The notes beneath the pieces were generated by a model. The model worked only from the letters and a program-made list of their open reading frames with translations, was not told the DNA's origin and did not search any database. Position numbers and translations under genes: made by a program. Shown one piece after another: positions 1 to 11,910 of a DNA stretch of 64,000 bases. Source of the stretch: Lingula anatina (taxonomy: Eukaryota; Animalia; Brachiopoda); the NCBI GenBank assembly GCA_051362555.1, contig CM120642.1, positions 25,544,001-25,608,000 on the forward strand, written 5' to 3'. Numbering within the stretch: position 1 is the stretch's first letter; the number at the start of each line of letters is the position of its first letter.

Positions 1-3000
1 TCCAGTTAGAGCTGGTTTCCTCCCTATCTCCTATAGAATTGTGAAGCAAAATTACTTACGTATACATCAGATTTAAAAATGTTAATTTTTATGGTACTTT
101 TAACATTTATGACTGCATACTGTATTGATTTTTCTTACTTTATCCTACTGTTATACTTTACATAACTATATCCTCATATATCCAATATACCGTGAAAAAT
201 TATAACAACTTACAACTGGATTCAAAATATTTACTTTCAGATTCAATGGCTATCATCTATTCTTAGAACTTCATCAAAGTTTACTTGCCTGAAGAAAATG
301 ACCTAAACAGTTCAAAATAATCCTCTTCTTCATCATCATGTGACATTCTGGTATGTGACTGGGCTGCTGTCTTTGGTCTTGTTCTTCTAGATTTGATGCG
401 AGATAATTTAGGGCTCTCCTGAAAGCTACTGGTGAATTGTGAGGAAATCCTAATTTGGTTTTGGATTAGCTCTTCATCCGACTCTTCATTTTTGGTCTGT
501 TCTCGAGTTCTTTTATTCAACTGTAATGGCAAAGATCAACTTATAATACTTTTATCCTATTTGCTCTAGGGTCAACCTTGATATGAATAATTTAAACTAA
601 ATACTTTCCTTTAGTTCAAAAGTATATTGTCTTAAATGATTTCCAAAAGGTTTTTTGTGCTTAACTTATATCTAGCACTTGATTAATACAATAATTTTTT
701 TAATGAAATTAAAAATAGTCTTGCCTTAATACAAGAAGCATCCATCACCAATTTTTAATAAGCTCTTGTATTTCTCAGAAATTTCAAGTAACAAATATAA
801 ACATATCCTTAATTACATACCATCTTGTTCTGTGAAGGTGTAAAGAAAAGGTGTCTGTTGGTTTGCAATACAAATCTCTCTTCACTTTCCTCCAGCAAAT
901 CATCATCATCAGCTAAGGTCTGTTCAGGACTGTATGACGCAATGCTGTAGGTTTGACTAGCATCTCCAGCTGGGCCCATGGGTAGTTTCCTAGCCACACT
1001 AAGACCTAAAAGAAAGCATAATTATCTATCATTTCTATAAAATACCCACTACAAATGAACCAATAAAAGAAAATTAAAATCAATCAAAACCATGGAAAAC
1101 CCACTGTGACCATTACGTTCCTTTTCAAGAATAGTTTTGCAATTTTCAAGAAATGCTTTGTAAATGGAGAGGATTTATCCATTTTCTTTATCAAGAAAAT
1201 ATAAACATTTACCTTTTCCATTTGATGTGTTTCGTGGTCTGTTCTTAGTGGATTGCTCCTTTACTCCACTATCTGGTGTCTTCAGTGCCTCACGCTGCTT
1301 ATTTTTCTTCTTGTCTCTGCACCTGGTAGAACTCTCTGTAAGTTCAGTAGTGCTTTCTTGTGATCGGCATAAGTCCTCAAACATCCTCACTATTGAACGA
1401 CAGGAGCTGGATGGTTCTTGTATCTGTTTGCTGTTATATTCTGAATCGATGCTGGACTGACTATCATTTACTCCCTCAAATTCATCCATGCCAAGACACC
1501 TTTTGGACTTATACTGTGTTTCCTCCGGGTATTTCTTTCCATGCCACTGTTTCTTTTTAGATTCGACAAGTTCAGAAGATCTACTAATGTCTTTGGGCTT
1601 TTCTTTTACACTACAGTATTCACCTCTCACAGGAGTATTTTGCTTCTGCTTTGATTGAGTTGGTAACTTTGATAAATCATGCAATGGCAGAGCCATTTCA
1701 TCTTGTGATGATTGTATGTCAGCACCAAGGAGGTCTATTGCTAGTGTATCCAACATGGGCACCACATCTAATGAAGATTCCACACTGGACTGGCTACCTG
1801 GTGCTGTGTGAGATGTTTGTGCAACTGACCTTTCAGATAACTGGAAACTTGCCTCTGTATCAACATCAGAAAATACAGAAGGCCGTTTCTTTCTTCCAAG
1901 AATTATGTCAGTAAAAGATGGACTAGTGCGATCTTCAAATATCTCAAACCTAGACCTCTTTGGCGATCTGTTGAACTTTGCGCATGTTTCTCTTTTGAGG
2001 GGATTCTTACAATTCACTGGCTTTGTTTTGGTGTCTGTCTTCTTCATACATTTGGACATGTCTGTGCTTCCTTCATCTGACATATATGTTGAATATGATA
2101 TTCTACTTTTCTCTAAACCATCTCTACACTCTGAATTAATTGCTGTGAATGTTCCAGCATCTTTATCTCTTGACTTCCTGGCCTTTTTCTTTTTTCTTCT
2201 CTCCACAGATCTTGGGGTGGTTGGTGTTCCTGTACCAATAAATGTCAAAGTAGGAGTTTTTAAAAGTCTTGTGCTGCAGCGGGACTTCTCAGCACGGTGA
2301 ACAGGAGATTTGCTCTTTCTTGGTTTCTGTGGTGTTTTGATTACTTCTCTTAAAGCAGCTTCTGTTGAGTTATTTGCAGACTGGGGTGTTACCAGTTCAG
2401 AGACAGCGATGTTTGCCATATATCTATTAGTGTCTTGTTTTGGGGTTTGCAGATCATCTTGTTGCTTCCTATTCAACTGTGTTTTGTTTTTAGAAAGATC
2501 ATTCTGGTGTTTTATTTTTCTGTTGCCTTTCATTTTCTTGGTTCTCTTAGATTTTGAATTTTCTTGATTCAAATTAGAATTGCAATCTGAATCTAAATCA
2601 AAACCATTTGAGAGGTCGACTATAAGCCCCTTCTCCTTCTTTCGTTTACTCTTTTCACCAGAAGAAACAAATTTGGAGAAATCACGCAAAGACACCCCAC
2701 TGAGATCCATATCCTTCTCTGATAGATTAAGTTCATAAACAGATTCAAATTCATCATTGCTCTTGTTGCTTCTTTTAGATCTTATCCTTTTTTCAGACTT
2801 TTTGTTAACAGCAGACTGCTTTGCTTCACTGTAAACTGATTTGGCTGGTGTATTTAACTGACTATCCATTTTAAAGTCTCCATTGTCATCATATTCATCA
2901 AAATCATACAAAGACACTTTTTCACTTGGTTTGGAAAGGGTTCTCTCTCTACTCTTTGCTTTTTCATTTTGAGCAGCTATTTTCTTGACCCTTTTCTTGG

Positions 3001-6000
3001 GTTTTTGTGACGACTTGGAATCCTCTTCATCAATGATATTTTCCTTATTGGAACAGTCTTCATCACCATCAGTGTCAAACCCAAGATCATGCATCATCTT
3101 TGAAACCTTTCTGTCAGTTGAATGGCTTCTTGGTGGGATGTCCCTTGCCATGTTCACTAATGATAAATCTTGTGTCTCTTGAATAACTTCAACTGATGAA
3201 GAAGATAAATTATATGTAGGTTGTAGGGTGTCCCTAGAATTCAGCATATTGGATTGCGCAATATGGACAGCAGATTCTTGTATATAGCCATCTCTAGTAG
3301 ACATCTCATCTGCATGTATATGATCAGAGGAAAGGTTTTCCACATCTGCCTGACTGTTCTTGTTGAATATGTAAGATGGTAAAGGAGTGGCTGAATTTGC
3401 AGAAAGAACTGAATTATCTTGAGATCCGGGCTCTCTTGAATAATTTTCTGTGCAACTCTCTCTAATTTTTTCACTGTCTAACCCTTCTTCAAAACATGCC
3501 GTTTTTTCACTGGATGCCTTGCCGTTTTGTTTCATCCTTTTAGATCTTCGTAAGGGTAGAGAAGACTGTGATAACAAAGGAGATGACAAAGAATTTTCAT
3601 TTGTGGTTTTTGTCAGTCCTTTTTGGTTAACTGACCGTGCATTATTGGTTTTCTTTACCTTACCGACAGGTTCAGGGATATCTTTACTAGGAATTGATAT
3701 GGTGGTTCTTTTGCTTCTTGTTAATACACGTGGCTCATCATCATGACTTCCGAGATTATTAATCATCATTTTTCCTTTGTTAGTACCTGTTGCACTGTCT
3801 TCAGCAGTTTCATCTTGGTTCTTTTTGGACAGTGCTTTATGTTCCAACACTATTTCAGCTTTTCTGTCATTACATTCAATTTTTTCACTTTGTACTTTAT
3901 TGTGACTCTGAGTGTCATGTAAAACCTGAGATCTAGTTTTGGCTCTTTGAGAACTTCTGGTTGATTTCATGCTTCCTCTCTTTGGCTGTTTATCTTTCTT
4001 GCTTCCAGACTGTTTTTTAAAGTATGGATTACTTGGGTTAGATTTATCATTATTTTCTTGAGAATAAACATCTTTTGATGCATCTCTAGTCTCTGGCTCA
4101 TTTTGTGCAATCTTCAGAGCCTCTGGAACTTGCTCACATAATTTGTCACCACTTGCTGCCTTATCTTGGTTTGCAGAATCGATCTCTGGAGACTCTGCAT
4201 TTTCAAGCTGTTGCTGATTTTCTTTATTCCCACTTCCTGAGGTATCAGCTTCAAAAACCTGTTTGTTCACAGTTTCAACTATAGTTACATCATAGTCTTT
4301 GATTGCGGTGTCAATTTGAGATTCTGGCACCACCTCATTGATGTTATCATCTAATGCCTCCTGAACATCATCCCTTGAAATATCAGTATTCTTTCCTTTC
4401 CTGTTTTCTGCAGGTGAATGTACTGCTGCTGCTTGTAAGTGGAGACCACCCATCTGCACAACAATTTTTGCTCCCGATACTTTATTTCCTCTTCTGTGAG
4501 GGTAATGATTAGTCTTGCTGGTTTCCTCAACACTCAATTCTTCTATGCTTTGAATTTGTGGTGCAACAGTTCTGACAGCCATTTTTCTATTTTTCTGAAC
4601 AATGTTTTGAGATTCTCGGATTGCATCAATATCCTCTTCCACAAGACCAGGATCATTCAGGGCCACAGCACCCCCAAAGGCCACTGGTGTCTTAGCAATT
4701 GATGCCTTTCTTCTCGGTGCTTTATCAAACTGTAACTGATGCATATGACATTTTTTAGGGCCACCTGTTGAAATTCTGGGCACTTGAGGGGATGGCACTA
4801 GAGCTGAATTGCCACCTTTGCCAACAAACATAATGGCAAGACTTGCTTTTCTCTTCTTATTCTTGCAGTGGGTAATTGGCACTGTAGATGCTGTCTTTGT
4901 GTGGTCACCTTGGCTCAAACTGTTTGGTTCAGAATTTTGACTTGACTCAGCTGCAGATGGATTAGATTCTCCAGTATTTACATGCTCTTCTGTTGCTGGT
5001 TTTGTGACTTCCTCCTTGGCTACTGGTATAGGACTGGCAGCACAAACCGAACTAGCATGGATGCGGGCAACAGTGGCCTTATGAGCAGATCTCTGGGATA
5101 CCTTGTCATGGTTGTGGTGACTTTCCTTTGCACTGAGCATGATCAGACTTTCTGAATTCTGCTGTAGGTCTCCAATATCTCTGTTCAGCATCGCTTGGCC
5201 TTCTCCTTCCTCTAACCTTTCTGGAGCTTGGGTGACAGGTGTCTTTTGACTTTTGCATCCCTGTTTTTGTTCATCTTCACTTTGTGAAGCTTGCATGGTA
5301 CCTGATGAAACAGCCGAATATGATTCTTTTTGTCTCTTTTTATAATTCTTCTTTGACTTGCCCTTTTTTTTCTTTGACTTTGAGGGGGACGGTATGCTGG
5401 TTTCATTACATTGGTCCCTGTTGATAACTTGATTTGTTTGGGTGTCATCTTGAGAGCTTTTGGGATCAGAAAATGAGGATTCTTTTTCACTTGCTTCGCA
5501 CTGTTTAATGGATTTTGACTTTCCATCCTTCACTTGGGACTCTTCTTCTTGAGGTGTATTTATGCTATTAGGTTTCTCTATATTCTGGTTCTGCGTATTT
5601 GTTAATCTTGTGACAGAGCTTGCTTTTTCACCTTCCCCACTGTTTGAAGATTGCTTATTGTTTCTTGACCTGGCTACACTGTCTACAGTTTTTCCATTAC
5701 TGTTTCCATTTTCAGCATCACATTTGCCCATATCTTGAACAAGTGTTTTACTGGCTTTTGATAACACTGGAAACTTGTCTTCATCAGTGAACAAATACCT
5801 ATCACCTTCAGTTTGGGAAGGTGGAATCACATTTGGTGAGCAGATTTCAAAATCAGGTGATGCTGCTGTTTTTTGGTTATAATTATTAGCCAGAGCCAAA
5901 TCAAGTGAAGCACAACTTTCCTGAGAATCTGGGCATCGTAGGATTCGACTTTCCATTATAGGTGAACTTGTTATGACTTCACCTCTTGCGATGTTTTCTG

Positions 6001-7461
6001 CATCACTCCCAAAATTTGATGGTGAGTTGGTGTTAGATCGAGTGCTTGCTGAAGCCGAGTTGGAGTGGTATGTAGCTAGTGTTTCACCCCAACTTACTCT
6101 GTTGCTGCAATTCAACTTGGCTGGATCCCTACTAGCACTAAGGATGTTCAAAAATAAATATCAGACTTTGACATTTTCCATTATCAAATAAAAACTAAAA
6201 AAATATGAACATACCTGACATTAAATCTATTTGTTAAGTAACAAAAAATTTAATGCTCTTGTTTCTGCTCAATTTAAATGAGCCTGTTATTATCAGTTAA
6301 TTCCATTTCATAACTCTACGAAATAAAACATCTTTTATTATGTGCTCTTTTAAATAATTCAAATCCTCAAAAAAACCACAGACACCTCTTTAGAATTCCC
6401 GACTGCTGCGTGCAAGGAATTTCTTCATAAATTTCAGGGATGGGTAATCTATCTGTAGGCATATAACTTCCATCTTTGTATGTATGGGTTGGACTACCTC
6501 TGATAAACTGCAGTTCCTCATCATCTCCAACATCCGGTGGACTTTGATTAATGTCTTTATCCCACAACACATGGGCCTTCAAAATACAATAATTAATAAT
6601 AATAATCACCAAATTACCTCTTTTTCAACTAACAGCACAATCCTTGTTTGTAAAGGCTTAAGCGACATTTTACGTAAGCAATACTATTCATGTAACATCT
6701 AAATAGAAACTTCAACACTTAAATGACAACCACTGTTCAAGTGAAATCTTTCCTCCTATTCACACATTAGTACTGTTGCAAAATATTCAAACTTTACCTC
6801 ATTTTCTGAGTTAAACTTTCTTGACACCAAACCATGTTCCTCAGCTGAAGTTTTAGACAAAGGTTTTTCCTTTTTTGAAGACGTAGAAAATTCAAGAGTA
6901 TATGTAGATCTCACTGTCACATTGATGTTGCGTGGTTTTCCTTTATCCCTAGAAGAAAATCTTGAGCAATGCACAATCATGTTGAAATGATTTACCAAAT
7001 CTTTGCTACTTTTGAGGTTATGAAAATTAACTGGCCCTTGACAGCTGTTATCTAATAATTGAAAAAGAAAGGAAAGAAAATGACTAAGTTTTCATTTAAA
7101 AAAGGCAAATTCAGGAGACATCTAATGTTTCTGCCTCCTATATATTCTACAACATGTTAGATAGGTTTTGGTTTTTATCTTTAAAATTTGTTGATTTGAA
7201 TCAAGTGTGCAGTTTTATTGATAAAACTTGACATAAAATACAGTTAACTTGATTTTTATTTTTATTGTTTATACTATTACATTACAAAAAATCTTACCTA
7301 TAATTCGATTTCTCTTCCTTAGCATATTTGGCCCACAAAGATTTCACTTTGTGTAAAATCTGGCTCTGACTAAGAAATGGGTACTTGGAAGACAGCAGTT
7401 TCTTTTGCTGAGCTACAAATGTCTTGTAGCTGTTCTTCCCAATTGGTTGCCTTGAAGTCAT
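1..7461 (-). CDS. Large (about 2,000 aa or more) uncharacterised, mostly disordered protein with N-terminal HMG-box-like segment and PP1-docking motifs; probably 3'-truncated by the window edge
   Basis: Phase-consistent exon chain read by eye: 7461-7298 (MTSRQPIGKNSYKTFVAQQKKLLSSKYPFLSQSQILHKVKSLWAKYAKEEKSNY), 7044-6798, 6576-6386, 6137-1213 (giant exon, the 1658-aa ORF), 1005-821, 520-289, 30-1. S/K/E/N-rich low complexity with basic NLS-like clusters. Probable non-coding first exon with donor at 8417. Confidence 0.75.
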
Positions 7462-7656
7462 TGCTCTTATGCTTCAATCATCTCACTAAAGAACATGTTC
7501 TTTTTAGATCTATGGTCCACACTAAAAAAACAACAACAACAATACAAAAACCATATATGTCTACTGGGCTATCATATCCACAAAATCTTTTGAAGTCTTG
7601 TCCAAACATCAAATGGAAACTGAATTCTGGGCTTTACAGGCTGCACCCTAAGGGTG

Positions 7657-7874
7657 CATTCCCAGAGATTTAGATCGATCCAGAAATTTAGATTTAGATC
7701 GACCTAACTCCCTGGGGGTTCACGCTAAACTGCAGTCAGCCGAGCGCGCACCACAGTTAATTACCCCTATTCAGCTTTTAGTAGGCGGGACAGACGTTTA
7801 GGCCAGCTAGGCTGGCAGTAATCTAGTGAGACTCCCCACAGGGATAGATCGATCATTTATGGGAATGGGGTCTA
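7657..7874. mobile_element. MITE with imperfect terminal inverted repeats (family copy 1)
   Basis: Ends CATTCCCAGAGATTTAGATCGATC ... GATCGATCATTTATGGGAATG are complementary. Internal sequence (gggggttcac, agttaattacccc, agtaggcgggacagac, aatctagtgagactcccca) recurs at 46947-47174. Confidence 0.75.
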
Positions 7875-8417
7875 AGAGAGGGGAGGTAGTACATGTACAT
7901 TAGTCAGATTGCGTAAATCCATGCAAGCCCTGCAGTCACATGGCTGGCATAGGTTCCATTGCACAGCATTAACACAGAGAGAAGGTATGAGAACAGTGTG
8001 GTAAGAGCTTACTTTTTACAATTAACTTTCCCCTACACACTCCCACAAATGAATCACAAATTGCCATGTAACACACAATTGGAACTAGAATCTAGATCAA
8101 ATTAAATGGAAAATGCATGTCAAATATTACAAGTTAATCGATTTTTGTCGGTTTGGATAGCATACGTTTGGATAGTATGCAAAACAGCATCTCTGTTGCT
8201 ACTAATCAATGTTAACCTTCCCGGGCTTCCGATCCACGGTTTACTCAGGTATCCCAGTGGCAGTGGCCAGTGCCCCAAAAAGACCACAAAACAAGCGACT
8301 CCACGGAGATTTTCATAAAATTATCTTATATCTCTTATCAAATAATGCCTCAAAATGACCAGGGATTCTAATTTACAGAAAATTATGTCTATCATTCATT
8401 TGCGACCATCAACTTAC

Positions 8418-8605
8418 CGTACTCGATTGTTTACATATTTTCAAGCAGACAACATTTTGGATCCCCCGCCATCTATGCGGGATTTTGCGATGTTTTGCGA
8501 GAAGAACCATCCTGACGTCATCAGTTGCTAGAAAACACTGACATAGTTGTGAAGGCCCAAAGCGGGTATTGCTTTTACAATTGTAGTTGATAAATAGCAT
8601 GCAAA
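8418..8605. promoter_or_regulatory. Compact bidirectional promoter with CRE and RFX X-box-like motifs
   Basis: Lies between a minus-strand splice donor (8412-8417) and the CFAP97 ATG (8606). Perfect CRE TGACGTCA at 8513-8520 and X-box-like GTTGCTAGAAAAC at 8524-8536; locally CpG-richer. Confidence 0.55.
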
Positions 8606-11600
8606 ATGGAGGAGAACCTTCACGGTGAAGTAGATTTTGACTTTTTTGATTCACCTAAAGTGCCCGAATCGTCCAAGAAGCCGCCATCGGGTAAATATAG
8701 CGATCGGAAAAGAGCAGACTCGCCGCCAAGGAGTCGACATGATTCCAACTCGGATCGAAGTAGTGTTAGAAAAATTGAAGCACGAGTACCCAAAGTTGTT
8801 GACAAGCGCAGTGATAGTTCAGATAGTGACAGTGAGGGCAACCACCCAAAAAGATCTTACAGCGAGTATAAGAAATCGAAAAGAGAAAAAGCTAGGCGAG
8901 GCAGTGGAACTGATACTTCTCTAACTACAACAGAAATAGATTCTAACACAGGGAAAATGATAGGAAGACGTAATGCTTGGTCAGATTCGGATGAAGACAA
9001 AGACAGAAAAAGTAAGACAAAAAGTGATAATCACAGTGATGAGAACAGAAGCAAAAGATCAAAGAGAAAAGATGATAAAACCCGAGAACGTTCAAGATCA
9101 AGATCTGATTCTGATCACAAAAAGAGGAGTTCACGAAAAAAGTACTCAGATGAAAGTGACACCACAGAGTCCACATCAAGCAGATCCAGTAGATCAGGTG
9201 AAAGATCTCGTCGAATGAGAAGATCACATTCAAAATCACAATCTAGATCTAGATCTAGATCAAAATCACGATCAAGGTCTCGGTCTTGCTCACGCTCTCA
9301 TTCCAGCTCTACAAGTGATAGCTCTACAAGCACCAGTGTTTCTTCGTCTTCAGATAATGAAATAACTGATGTGTCGCCACTGCCTTCTCCAGATATTAGC
9401 CCTAAAGGCTCACCACCAAGAATGTATAAAAAAGGTCACAAGAGACATAAGAGCTCTGACAGCAGAGAGATGTATAGCCCAAGACACAAAGACACTGTGC
9501 AATATGATAGCAAAGGCAATGCATATGATGAATCTAAGTATGCCCGCACTAACTATAGAGATGAGCTTCTTAGAACATCAGAGGACCAGATGGATTTACG
9601 GTCCCTCTTACAGGCAGTCTTAGAGATGGACAAAAAAGAACAAAAACAAAACCGTGGTCCGAGTGGGCAGAGATTTGTGCTGGTCCCTGTGCCTTCAAAG
9701 GGAAATCGTAAAAACTTTTCTTTTACTAATGATAAAGTGAGACAAATAGACCAAGAAAATAAAAGACTGCTAGAAAAGATTATGAGAGAAAAGAGTGCAA
9801 CTGCTGCGGCTAAGAAGAAGAAGACACCTGCCAAAATTGCAGTTGATCCTCCAGTTCGCAGGGTCACCCATGCCACTGTTAATCGACAGAGGGAACAGAG
9901 AAGAATTGAATTAGAAAACCTGGTAGGTATTAACATGAAGAATCATGCATGACATTTCCTAGTCAACTGACCTCACAAGGCTTTGAAATTTGACATCATT
10001 TAACCTATTGATTATAGCAAAAGTCTGTGTAGAGTCTTGTTAAATTTCCTACACTTATTGAATATTGGATGCCCAATTAACCTTTCCCGCACAGCTTCTC
10101 TTTTCTCTTTTGATCATTAACTAAAATTATTGGAATGAAGAAATGTATTACAGTATTGATCCCATCTTTATGTAATACAACCAATAACCAAATTTCAGTT
10201 TGCCCTTTTTATTCTACACACCTGAATTTGAGTCTGAGATTGATTCTCAATTTTTAGGCATCCCTGATTTTTTTTTAATATGGAAAAAATATTTGATATT
10301 ATTTTTTGTTAGTGTAAAAAAGTTGTTGAAAGAGGGGTAGTCATGTTTCTTCACTGAATGTTAGATTGGAATATCATTTTTATTCCAGTTTTGTGAGACT
10401 GTATTTTTGTGAAATTCTACCTTCTCTTATAAAGAGTGTTGAATGGAATTTTTTCCATTTCTGATTTAGTTTGTATATTGAGTGTAACCTTACCGTCTGG
10501 ATCTAACAATGGAAGACAGCACCTTATAAGTGCCTTGTGTAATCATAATCCTACTGCTTGCAGATTACAATAGAAATCAAGGCATCCTTGACTACAATAT
10601 ACACAAATACATTACATGATCTGATTGTACAGTAATTTGCTCCTTCAAACTTACGTTTCAAATCAGTGGACCACAATGAAAATTGAACAAAGGTTTTAGT
10701 TTTTGGGAACTCCTTTGTGAAAAAAGATCTAGTGCTCATACACATTTTACAGTTTATTGTGACTCACTACTGAGAGAGATAAATCATTTTTTTTTAAATC
10801 ATATTGTTGATTTTCTAGTATAAAAAGAATAAAATGTAATTGGATATAGCAATAAAACATTCTATGCATAATCATAATAAATAATGCATGTGCATTTTGC
10901 AGTACATTAAAAGCAGTGATGCTGCATATAAAATATTTAATACCACTGTGATCGTTAGCAGCTACTTTTTGAAATATATGAAGTAGTAGATATGGATTTT
11001 GCAAATACAGGTGGTGTAGACATAGCTTATCAGTCTCATCAATATGTCAATCATTGGTTAATGGTTTGGAATAGTAGATATTGTTCAAATAGCAACCAAG
11101 CATGAATGTTTACTCTTCACATTTATTGCTTCTCTGATTTTGTACTAAATTTTCTAAAATGTCTGTGAAAAATAAGCTAATCGATTAAAACACCAGAGTT
11201 CTTAAAAATTTTTGGGTTACTAAATTGAATATCTAAAGAATAACACATTGATCACATATTAGTAAATCTGCTGAACAAATTGAACACTCGACTTATCATG
11301 TAGGAAGTACTAGCTACTGGTGACCAAATTTGACTTGCCAGAATAACACATTGATCACATATTAGTAAATCTGCTGAACAAATTGAACATTCGACTTATC
11401 ATGTAGGAAGTACTAGCTACTGGTGACCAAATTTGACTTGCCAGAATTTCAAATTCTACATCAAATATGAAATGAGTTGCTGAAGCCCAACCTTAGCCTG
11501 CCATAATCCAACGCAATATTAATCATACAATTTTTCATTCTTAGGAAATATTAAAACGTCTCCAAAACGTGGGTCCCACACAGGGCATGAGCCGCACAGA

Positions 11601-11910
11601 GCAACTCGACGAATACAAGCGCCAAATGTTATTGGGCGTACCAACCTATGGCCTTGATCTTCACCAACCAGGGTATATTCCGCAAACAAACTACGCAACC
11701 AGGAGGACCAGACCTAGCTCAGCAACAAAGAGGCCAAGCAATCCGTACACAGCTTCAGCCGCTCTGGGAAAGAAGTCCCAGAGTTTAACCAGCCTTAGGT
11801 CAGCAACTGGTAGTACTGGGAAAAGGAATAGCTTGGTGAATGGGAAGACAAGACCTCAGAGTGCTAAACAGATGCTGTCTAGCAGGCCTGATTGGGAAGC
11901 AGGGTGGTGA
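8606..11910 (+). CDS. CFAP97: Cilia- and flagella-associated protein 97 (KIAA1430/hemingway family)
   Basis: Exons 8606-9922 and 11545-11910. N-terminal GEVDFDFFD, Ser-rich region with ITDVSPLPSPDISP, KIAA1430 domain NFSFTNDKVRQIDQENKRLLEKI...VNRQREQRRIELENL|EILKRLQNVGPTQGMSR, C-terminal W motif. Confidence 0.9.
11237..11446. repeat. Near-perfect tandem duplication of about 103 bp in the CFAP97 intron
   Basis: agaataacacattgatcacatattagtaaatctgctg...gaccaaatttgacttgcc occurs twice head-to-tail with one visible mismatch. Confidence 0.9.

Noticed and set aside
1164-5424. Multiple plus-strand ORFs overlapping the giant exon
   Set aside because: Antisense shadows of a long coding exon.
1-7461. 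Assignment of the large gene as KNL1 or RIF1
   Set aside because: It shares the PP1 motif pair, but no clear MELT repeats, coiled-coil/RWD tail or HEAT repeats are visible.
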